From: Octopus sinensis
Lineage: Eukaryota
Assembly (NCBI RefSeq): GCF_006345805.1
Contig: NC_043009.1
Location: 15,624,001-15,688,000, forward strand
DNA: 64,000 nucleotides
Reading direction: 5' to 3'
The position numbers and the translations under genes were made by a program. The notes beneath the pieces are model-generated. The model was not told the DNA's origin, ran no database searches, and worked only from the letters and a program-made list of their open reading frames with translations. Numbering within the stretch: position 1 is the first letter of the stretch; every line of letters starts with the position of its first letter. Shown in pieces: positions 53,801-64,000 of this stretch.

Positions 53801-54582
53801 TTTAGGATATATAAGAGATACCTGCACGCATGAAATAGCAGCAAAAACTTGAGTCAAAAGCCACATTCATACAGCACCAGGAGAGAAGACAAAAAGTCAA
53901 AATAAACTAATAAAAAAGAATTACTGGATAATTCCAGATCCCGGATTTCTGACTCTGCAAGATTTCTGACTCTTGTACACATTGCACAACCCGAACGTTT
54001 AAATACTTTAAATAATAATTTTGTGAGTATTCCTATATTTTTCAAATTTTAATTCTGTATAATCAAATAAGAAGAAATATACTATACTAGCTTTCAATTT
54101 AACATTCATAGATGACTAAAAAAACTTCACTGCAAACTTGAATCTAGCTTCAAAAATTAATAAGGCTTTCCCCCAGTTAAAAAATAGAATGCCTACTCAT
54201 AATAATAAGTGATAGGTTTTCCCCCTTTTTTTCTCTAAATTACACTCTCTGTGAATGGGATTAGGACCATTTGGCATTGACGTAGTTTCACTCACCAAAT
54301 AGCAGTAATTGGCATTTATTAGTGACAATTGCTGTCTTCAACAGGAATTCCTTTTATGGAGTTCTGAAACCTCCTGTACTCCATTTCTACAATTAAAAAA
54401 ATCTTTATTTCTTCTAACCGTACAGCAGTTAGGAACAGCCATATCTTATTCAGTCAGTGGAAGGACTTCACTACCTCATATGTTCTTAAAATTTAAATCC
54501 ATATCTTTGTCTGTATATGTACCTTCTCTATAATGTTGCCACTTGATTTGAACATTTTTGTATTAATAGAAAACCTCTATAA

Positions 54583-54668
54583 TTGGCTGATGAGTACTCA
54601 GCATCTTAAATCTGTTGTAATAATTACAACATTTAATAAAATGATGTAGTACGAATCGATCGTACCAA
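54583..54668 (+). ncRNA. Type I hammerhead motif with a 59-nt multi-segment stem II
   Basis: ttgg-CTGATGA-GTAC-[catc/gatg, ttaaat/atttaa, gttgtaa/ttacaac]-GTAC-GAATC-gatc-GTA-ccaa. Stem I ttgg/ccaa is perfect. There is one substitution in GAAAC (A15.1 to U). Confidence 0.75.
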
Positions 54669-54710
54669 ATTACCGGAGTCATTCTTGTTGCTTATTTTGA
54701 TTATATATAC

Positions 54711-54815
<105 letters not shown>

Positions 54816-56447
54816 CATATATATACATATATATATATATGTATAAATATGTATATATTTGTGTATACATAAAGAGAGACAGAGAGAGCGAGAGAGACAG
54901 CAAGAGAGAATGAGAGGGAGTGAGAGAGATTGAAAAAGAGAGTAATGTATTTGACTATGTGCTGAACATTTTAACAGCGAAAAACTAGTTCGTTATTATA
55001 CTATGAAAGCATTATGGTTTCTTCATATACTATTCATAATTTTGTTTTCTCTATATGAACAATGCACTCACTACGCTCTTTATGTGTGTGTTTGTGTCTG
55101 ACTGAGTATGTGGTAGATTCATATTTGTATTTACAGTACCGTTTTCTACACTACTGCACGTACAGAAATACATATACCAATCTTTTAGATCCCTGCTATT
55201 TGATTAATTATAGCCTATATTGTGCACACATTACAATAAACTGTGTGTACCTCTCAGTATCTGCAGCACTTGAGAATCTATTCTCATAAAACCACAAATT
55301 TGTTTACTCTTCTGTTTACTTTCATATACATACAGACACAAACATAACGTCTGTTTAAGAAGCTTTTCGCTAGTTTAGTTTCAACACACACGCAAACATC
55401 TGAAAATATTTTTACCAAAGTTCTCCTGCAGACTACCTAGACTTATTGATTATTAAATGTCAGGCTACTTTCGTGGTTGTAAACTCTGTAAATATTCACT
55501 ACGAAGATTAAATACTTACACAAATGAAAAGTTTCAGAATGGCGGACGGTTCCACAAGATATATGCTGCATCCACATCACTCTTTCTCTCTCTCTCTTTC
55601 TCTCTCTATCACCTTGTTATTATCTCTCTAACTTCGTCTCTCCTTTTCTCTCCTCTTAGTTATTCCAACTTCATCTCGGGCTATTATTCTAGGGATATTT
55701 CATTATTCTTTCCTTCATTTTCCTCTCGTATCATTTCTTTATTTATTTTATTATTGCTATTATTATTATTATTATTATATTGTTGTTGTTGTTGTTGTTA
55801 TTATTACTATTTATCATTATTATTAATATTAATATTATTATTAATAATAATGTCATCCTGTATCTATGAAGATGCCTTTCCTTTGTTCCCGCTGTATACT
55901 TACAACGATAATATACTTCATTCAATACGGTTCTTCTCATCATCTCTTCCTCACTTACTTCAGTTGTATTCTCCCTTTTATGTGGAGCTAGTCTATTGTA
56001 AGGGAATAACAATTTCACCAATATAATAAGTATAAGAATGTATATGTTGTGGAGACTTGGCACTGAAAATGGAAATGCATTTCATTTTTTCTGCTTTCCA
56101 TTCACATTTTTTTACTCTTTATTCCTCTTTTATCAATTTTTATTTCTTTTTTCTCTGGATTCATCATATTATTATTTTCCAGAGCTATTGAGCTATTTAC
56201 TTTGCCTCAAGAACTGAAATTTTGCCTAATTTTCGGAGATTTTTCTTTCTGTCCTTTATGTTTTGGGGAAACAAGTACACCATGAGAGAATTATGATTAG
56301 TCATTATATTGTTTTCGAACAAGTTTATTTACTAAATGAATTAACATTATTTAAAAACACATATACATATACCCATATTCAGACACATACACATATTACA
56401 CAAACACGCACACGCAGATATATACAATATTACATATATATATACAT

Positions 56448-56491
<44 letters not shown>

Positions 56492-56720
56492 GCATGCATG
56501 CATACGTATACGTATGCCCTTCCCAAACCATAGTCTTGTAGGGTCGGTCTCGGAATTCTCTGGAGTATATATTTCGCCATAGAATTGGACGGTGGTCCAC
56601 TGCTGCTCTGGAGAAACGTAAAATGTTTTTGTGTCTTTTGAGCAAAACGTTTTACTCAAAAACACAAAGCATCACTCGATCAGTGAATCCAAATCACAAT
56701 TATAAATATTATATATATAT

Positions 56721-56762
<42 letters not shown>

Positions 56763-58149
56763 AATATATATATATATATATTAATACCAAAACGTAATGT
56801 TTATCCCCACTTAAAAATGGATGTTGTTTTTAACACACACGATACTACATAACTTACTCACGTGGACTTGTGTTGCAATCGTGTTTGTATCGTTAAATGT
56901 GAGATAATCAACCATCATCGCTGCTGAAACTGGAAGATCACGTGATTTCGTCCTTCTTAGAAAATGGGGATACTAGACTATTACAAAGAAAATGAAACCA
57001 AAGAAAATTGTGCCAGACGATATTTTGGATTTGCTACGCAGCGTCGAGATGAGATATAGGAGTGTACTCGTATAACGTGAAAGAAATAAGAAAACTGAAA
57101 GAAGAGAGATCAAATAGGAAATTATTGCATGTTGGAAACAGAAGTGTCATATAAAAAGGAGGGTAAAAAATGAGGAATTAAATCAATCTTACAAATCTTA
57201 TAACCTAAGCAGAATTTATGTCACCCAATAAAGAACGATGATAATTATGCAGGTTTACGCAATATGGTTCTATTCACAGAAATGTGAGGCATTTCACAGA
57301 TATTTCAGGCGAAGTTTCGCTATTCTTAAAAACCCTTCGTATTCTCAGAAATGAGATTTCTTTATGTTATATCACTTCTTAAAGTCCACTTTTTGCTGCA
57401 TATTCCTCTTACCTTCTTCATTTGGTTGGAACAATGCAGCACAACATAACTTTCCGTTTGTTCAAACAACGGAAAGTTACAGCAACACGTTAAATACAAC
57501 ACGGCAAGTTTACAAATACAATTTCATCGGATATACTTTTCTATAGTATTTCCTCGCATGCTACTTCAAACTGCTACCAGCCAGTTGTTTACTACCTCTG
57601 ACTCTACTAGCCATGATTTTGATACTATTATGTTCGATTTCAATGAAGATCTTGGTAAAAACAACTTGGCTCGGTTCTATATATTTTACTCATACCTTGC
57701 GTTCCTTCGTGGAAACAAAGCTACCTGGATAAACAACAAACATATAGATTCTATAATCGGATACACATTATTGTATAATTCATGTGGCATCTTCAAATTC
57801 ACTCATCTTTCTTTGTTCATTTGCAACTACTGACTTCAAAAGCACTTTTTCATCTGGTTACTCTCATTCTGACAAGGCTGTTTGGATGAATGAATTGCCA
57901 GGTGTAAATTATTTAACAACTCTAAATAAATGTGTGACTCATTGTACTGTAAAGCCAGCAATCTTTCGTAAGTTGCAAGAAATACCACTAAAACAATCTG
58001 AAATCATTCTTTTCTACGCAAGGCGAACTAAAAACCATGAAATTCATAATCAACAAACCCAAGTCTTCATACTGCTATATCTGAGAAACAGGTTGTCATC
58101 ATTTTCACGATGTATGTTGAAGAACGGTTTCACATTATTGCTCTTTTAA

Positions 58150-58460
58150 AATTATCAAATTACGAATAAATCAATGACCGGAAATTTGCTTCATATCAGT
58201 GATTTCATTTGCACACCATTTGAATTCTACTAAACGCCCTGCCAGATTTCTGCCATCTTCTTGGAGCCTGTCATCTTTGCTACATCAAACAGGTATACGC
58301 CCATCACAGTCTTACCTGCATATTTTCTTCCTTTCAACTGCAATGGATTCGCTGCATCTCAGTTTAGTAGTATTCAGATTCGTTCTCATAAAGCATGTCA
58401 CTATCCCCGCCATCGCTGTCACACAAGTGTTTCCACGCACACTATGTTAAGAAAGTAACT
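58150..58460 (-). mobile_element. Possible decayed CR1/L2-type APE endonuclease fragment
   Basis: Minus strand AGIVTCFMRTNL...SESIAVE...VMGVY resembles GGV-x3-R...E-x-I-x-V...GVY. Confidence 0.35.
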
Positions 58461-58728
58461 TGTAATGAGACATTCATACATATTTAATTTGTTTTTGCAT
58501 TTAAAACAGTTAATAAAAAAATTAAAGAACAAATCATTTGTGAACAGTTTGCCTCATAACATTACATTGTAATACATTTTGTATATTATTATTTCTGCAA
58601 CCTTTTATGACTCTTCTACACATATACAGTTTGTAAAAGCCAAAACATTTATGAACTGGATTGAGCGATTTCATTTTTTTCTTCTGCTAAGTGCCATTTG
58701 TATATTCTATTCAATACTTGGGAACCTT

Positions 58729-58950
58729 AAGGCGGTGAGCTGCTAAAATCGATCGAATGCCGAGTAAAATGCTTAGCGATATTTGGTCCGTTTTCAAGTT
58801 CTGAGTTCAAATTCTGCCGAGGTCAACTTTACCTTTCATCGTTTTGGATTAAATAAAATAAGTACCAGTTGAGTCCTGGGGTCGATGTAATCAACTTAAC
58901 CCCTCCCCTAACGTTGCTGGCCTTGTGTCAAAATTTGACATCAATATTTG
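58729..58950 (+). mobile_element. Short SINE (family of 42766)
   Basis: aaggcggtgagctg...ttctgagttcaaattctgccgaggtcaactttacctttcatc...ggggtcgatgtaatcaacttaa. Confidence 0.8.
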
Positions 58951-59517
58951 GCAACATTAATCAAAAATCATTGAAACAAGAAATTGATTTTACTGAAATG
59001 TCTAATGCTGATCAGAGTTAGTCTTGGCTATATCTCTACACTCTGTTATAACACCTACATACATTTTTCAGCAATCATTTTAAACATTACTTGTTGATAG
59101 GTGTTGGCAGGCAATAAAATTTTAATATTTACAAGATCTTTAGGAATATTCTAGAAAATTTCAGTCAACCCCTAAGTTTTGTAGACTTTTATTTTTGTGG
59201 GCGAAGGTCATGTGATTTCAGACCCACTTTAATAAGATGTTTCTCATCATTCCACTTTCTCTGTCAGAGATTATTCTCGTCGTACAAGAAGTCTTTGTCT
59301 CAAGGCTCTTCTTTTGACATTCATCATTCATCAATTCATACACTGAAAAATACAAGAATGTGTACTTTATGCATGTAAAAATGTTTAGTGATATTGATAA
59401 ACGTTGTTGAAAATAATTCCTTCTTCTGAACATATTATTACTATTCATTATTTTACATGCCAATCCTAAAACAACCACAAATGTTTACTAGGTGATTCCA
59501 TAGGTTAGAACAGAATA

Positions 59518-59845
59518 AAAAAAAGACTCCGCCGGTTACGACGACGAGGGTCCCAGCTGATACGATCAACGGAACAGCTTGCTCGTGAAATTAACGTGCA
59601 AATGGCTGAGCATTCCACAGACACGTGTACCCTTAACGTAGTTCTCGGGGATAATCAGCGTGACACAGAGAGTGACAAGGCTGACCCTTTGAAATACAAG
59701 TACAACTCATTTTTGCCAGCTGAGTGGACTGGAGCAACGTGAAATAAAGTGTCTTGCTCAAGGACACAACGCGTCGCCGGGAATCGAACTCACAACCTTA
59801 CGATCATGAGCCGAATGCCCTAACCACTAAGCCACGCGCCCTCAC
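59518..59845 (-). mobile_element. tRNA-derived SINE with a CORE-like domain and perfect 13-bp TSD
   Basis: TSD ttagaacagaata at 59505-59517 and 59846-59858. The reverse complement has A box tggcttagtgg and B box gagttcgattc, followed by ttgtgtccttgagcaagacacttt. Confidence 0.9.
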
Positions 59846-60764
59846 TTAGAACAGAATATTGTTATACTGATTAAACTCGAGTCGACTAATTCGTGAGACA
59901 GTTATCAAGATTGAATCAACACCTGTACGGTGTGTGATTCCTTTTACTTAGTGCCGTGTTAGTTTCTCAAGTTAACGCTGTTATCATTGTCACTGTTAGT
60001 CACATTTGTTTTCAATTACGCATATTCGTGTTATGCGTATCCGCATTTTAACACCAGCTTTGAAGTTCATACAATGGCGGCACCTTTTTACCTTTTATTT
60101 TGACAATGATATTAGTGATTTCTTTATTATGATCAACTTTATGTTTCACTAGAGTTAAGTTAGACCTAAATAGACACATTCACTTTTCTGAAGATACTAA
60201 TGAAGCTGCACTTCCATAAATACAATTAAACATATCTATTGATTTTTACCACTATATGCATGGCGAAGTCAAAATTAAAATGCGTCCAAAAATATACTTA
60301 GTGGAAGTTACTATATATTACGCTTAACTCTCAAGCCGCAAAGATTGATAACTGTAGGTAATTAATTGAATTCACATAGTCGGAGATAAATTGTGAGATT
60401 GTTGTATATCATAAACGTTAAGATATTCGAAGCGATATTACTCGTGTATGAATTAGTTGATGTAAAGATAAATCAATGTTCGTATATATTCTGTTCAAAT
60501 GATTTTATCACGTTTCAATCATGACAATATATATGGAAGAAGTGTGTGATTAATATATTTTTCCCAAACTTAAGGGTTTTAAGCGCATTCATATGACAGA
60601 AAAAGGCTTTATAGTGTTTTGTAGTTACGACAATATGGGGAAGTGTTTAAAACCCAGTTCATATGCTTTACTGAGCAAAGCAGGTTCATTTCTAATCCCT
60701 AATATGTATATCCGTTTCATACTCCTATATACGCCCACTTTATATTCTTTTATTATTTTAATTG

Positions 60765-61110
60765 TTTCAATCATTTTAATGCGGCCACGCTGGAGCACCA
60801 CCTTTAATCGAACAAATCGATCTCAGGACTTATTCTTTGTAAGCTTAACACTTATTCTATCGGTGTCCTTTTGCCGAACCACTAAGTTACGGGGACATAA
60901 ATACACCAACGTCGGTTGTCATGTGATAGTAAGAGGGAGACAAATACAGACACACAAATACATATATATACATATATATACGACGGGCTTCTATCAGTTT
61001 CCGTCTACCAGATTTACTCACAAGGCTTTGGTCGGTCCGTGACTATAGTAGAAGACACTTGCCCAAACTGCCGCGCAGTGGGATTGAACCCAGTACCCTG
61101 TAGTTGGGAA
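60765..61110 (-). mobile_element. tRNA-derived SINE (12933 family), head partly lost
   Basis: gcggccacgctggagcacc...ttttgccgaaccactaagttacgggg...gaagacacttgcccaa...cgcagtgggattgaaccc. Confidence 0.8.
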
Positions 61111-61757
61111 GTAAGCTTATTTATTTCATCAAATTTGCCATAAAGCCATTACTTAGATAGAAGCAAATGCGTGTGGACAACAACACAAATGAAATGAATG
61201 ATGAGCAAAATAATGATATAGATGAGGGAAGCAGACGACGCCCGCCGATCGATGCTTCCCGAGAACATTGAAACAAGAAATTGATTTTACTGAAATGTCT
61301 AATGCTGATCAGAGTTAGTCCTGGCTATATCTCTAAACTCTGTTATAACACCTACATACATTTTTCAGCAATCATTTTTAACATTACCTTTTGATAGGTG
61401 TTGGCAGGCAATAACATTTTTATATTCACAAGATCTTTAGGAACATTCTAGAAAATTTCAGTTAACCCCTAAAACTCCTAAAATTTGGATCGTTTTGTAG
61501 ACTTTTATTTTTGTGGGCGATGGTCATGTGATTCTAGTCCCACTTTAATAAGATGATTCTTATCATTCCACATTCTCTGTCAGAGATTATTCTTGTCATA
61601 CTAGAAGTCTTTGTCTCAAGGCTCTTCTTTTGACATTCATCATTCATCAATTCATACAGGGAAAAATACCTAAATACCTAAATACTGTCTCCCGGCTCCG
61701 GTTCGACCTGAGCACTTTCAAGCAATTGTGTAAAAAACATTTTTCGAAAGAAAAAAA

Positions 61758-61809
<52 letters not shown>

Positions 61810-61844
61810 TATATATATATAATCAAAATAAGCAACAAGGATAT

Positions 61845-61905
61845 CCAAAGAAGTGTAGTACAATTGTTTCATGCTACTTCATTTTATTAAACGGACAATG
61901 CACAT
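61845..61905 (-). ncRNA. 3' half of a long-stem-II hammerhead (5' half missing)
   Basis: Minus strand tgcattgt...aaatgaagtagcat-GAAAC-aatt-GTA-ctac-acttctttggatatccttgttgct is homologous to 1340-1408 and to the flank after 54668. Confidence 0.55.
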
Positions 61906-61914
61906 TATATATAT

Positions 61915-62195
61915 ATATAGGCGGAAACTGGAAAAAGCCCCTCGTATATATTTGTGCGTGTGTTTGTGTATGTGCATGTTTTATGTCTGTGTTTGTCCCC
62001 CTCACCGCTTGACAATTGTTGTTGTGTTGGAGTGTTGACGTCACCGTAATCTGGCGGTTTGGCAAAAGCGATCGACATATCAAGTACTAGTATTAGTAAA
62101 ATAACTTAAGTACGAGCGTTGATTTACTGAAGTAAAGATTCTTCAACGTGGTGCCCCAGCATATTCGCAGTCTAACGTCTGAAACAAGTAAACAG
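61915..62195 (+). mobile_element. 3' part of a 12933-family SINE
   Basis: gcggaaactggaaaaagcccctcgtata...ggcggtttggcaaaagcg...ctgaaacaagtaaa. Confidence 0.7.
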
Positions 62196-62652
62196 ACAAA
62201 AAAAAAACAGAAGTATACATATAACTGTCTATGTATATGTGTATGTCTCAATTTTACGTAAAATTAAAAGAACGTATTCAAAATTTCCGACGCTACAGTT
62301 GCTTCAATACCAAACATTCCATTGTTTGTCAAAAGATAAGCAATTTCAAGTAACTGCCAAGAAATGTTTGAAGTATTAAATCTGTTCGAAACCATGTCTA
62401 ACAGCCGTGAGAGTAAATGCTTTAAGATATTTTTTTATGAATTAAAGTCAAGTGATAATTACAGATAACTGGAACATTAAGGAAACAGAGAAAATTAAAT
62501 ACAAGTCTGTCTATCAATATACATGGGTGTATTAACGGCTTCAAAAGTGAGAAAATATTTGATTTTTGCAGTGTTAGACGTAATGCATATTTACAGACTT
62601 GTATACATATATACATACATGCATGCAAATACATACGTACATTCATATACAT

Positions 62653-63049
62653 ACTCTCTTTACTCTTTTACTTACTTCAGTCATTTGACTGCGGCCATGC
62701 TGGAGCACCGCCTTTAGTCGAGCAAATCGCCCCCGGGACTTATTCTTTGTAAGCCCAGTACTTATTCTATCGGTCTCTTTTGCCGAACCGCTAAGCGACG
62801 GGGACGTAAACACACCAGCATGACAAACGCAGACACACAAACACACACACACACACATATATATATACATATATATGACATATATATGACAGGCTTCTTT
62901 CAGTTTTTGTCTACCAAATCCACTTACAAGGCATTGGTCGGCCCGGGGCTATAGCAGAAGACACTTGCCCAGATGTCACGCAGTGGGACTGAACCCGCAA
63001 CCATGTGGTTGGTTAGCAAGCTACTTACCACACAGTCACTCCTGCGCCT
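62653..63049 (-). mobile_element. tRNA-derived SINE (12933 family), full length
   Basis: Runs from tactctctttactcttttacttacttcagtcatttgactgcggcc to ctacttaccacacagtcactcctgcgcct. Confidence 0.9.
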
Positions 63050-63107
63050 ATATATATATATATATATAATATTATATATAATATAATATATACATATATA
63101 TATACAG

Positions 63108-63175
<68 letters not shown>

Positions 63176-63289
63176 TAAATATTAGGGAATAAATCCAAAT
63201 TTACAGGGAAAAAATCAGATTTAGGATTATATGAGGCGTATATGTACTTGTGGGTGTGTGTGAGTGGGGTGGGTGTTTGTATTTGTTAT

Positions 63290-63689
63290 GGGTGTGTGGT
63301 TTACGTGTGTGTATTTATGTGTGAATGTATAGGTTAAAGGGATTCCTATATAAGTATGTTATAGTGTTTAGTAAAGGGAGGTTTTATCATTTATGTTTTG
63401 TGAGTTTTAGCTTATCATGGTAGTTTTATAAAAGAATCCATTCATATTTTTGTGTTTTTTGTTGTGTGGGGTTGAGTGGGTTTTTGGAGTATATGTTGAG
63501 GTTTATATGTATGTATAGGTATGTGTAAGTGGTTGGGTATTTGTATATGTCGTGGGTGTGTGGTTTACGTGTGTGTATTTGTGTGTGAATGTTTAGGTTA
63601 GGGGGATTGCTATATAGGTATGTTATAGAGTTTAGTAAAGGGAGATTTTATCATTATATGTTTTTATGAGTTTTGGTTTATCATGGTAG
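63290..63689 (+). repeat. Imperfect ~135-bp direct repeat (period ~264 bp) in a G/T-skewed block
   Basis: gggtgtgtggtttacgtgtgtgtattt...tttagtaaagggag...atcatggtag at 63290-63423 and 63554-63689. Confidence 0.85.
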
Positions 63690-64000
63690 GTTTGTTAAGG
63701 AATTCGTAGTAATTTGTGTCTATTTGCGATGTCTGTTGTTTTATTGCATTGTTCATTCATAATTTTTAAGTAGTGTTAGTTTTACCAAGTGAATATAATT
63801 TTTAATTCCATTTATTCCATTTCTCCGTTCATAATTTTAAGTGATGTCCGTTTTCTAGAGCGTGAATGTGGGTTGTATGTGTGTGTGTGTGGGAGTATGA
63901 ATAAGTATTGTGTTGAAGTATTTAGCTATTTTATTTATTTATAGTTGCCTAGACGTTTTTATGTGTATGTATAGGGATATATATATAGGTGTGTGATTTA

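Larger units (their letters stand above)
58969..61670 (+). repeat. Local direct duplication of ~385-405 bp (58969-59353 and 61266-61670)
   Basis: Both copies run from cattgaaacaagaaattgattttactgaaatgtctaatgctgatcagag to ...tcatcattcatcaattcataca. They differ by scattered substitutions and a ~22-nt indel. Confidence 0.95.

Noticed and set aside
61680-61745. Minus-strand cttgaaagt-GCTC...GAGC-cgggagacagta, a possible divergent ribozyme
   Set aside because: Neither CUGANGA nor GAAA is present. Only a 4-bp stem is seen.

Overview
AT-rich, repeat-saturated animal DNA, most likely octopus (inferred from the SINE families and the dense TA/AAT/TATG microsatellites). I cannot support any host protein-coding gene: the supplied ORFs are either microsatellite artefacts (YIYI..., IIII..., LLLL...) or pieces of decayed transposon ORFs. 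The window holds four different mariner elements (two with both TIRs and TA TSDs), a full-length decayed Chapaev3-like DNA transposon sitting at the 3' end of a decayed RTE LINE, a 5'-truncated R4/Dong LINE in an (AAT)n tract followed by three tandem ~520-550 bp AAT-tailed units, two Penelope-like (PLE) coding fragments, Helitron/HINE-like pieces, and about 15 tRNA-derived SINE copies (three with perfect 13-17 bp TSDs). The most interesting signal is a dispersed set of type I hammerhead-ribozyme motifs in non-coding PLE-type remnants (1300, 10882, 19907, 26141, 29370, 54583, a half copy at 61855, weaker ones at 547 and 20236). Their stem I sequences differ from copy to copy but stay complementary, stem III is palindromic (dimer type), and three copies carry an unusually long 45-60 nt stem II hairpin. 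All folds were read by eye and none has been tested. Boundaries without a TSD or TIR are approximate.
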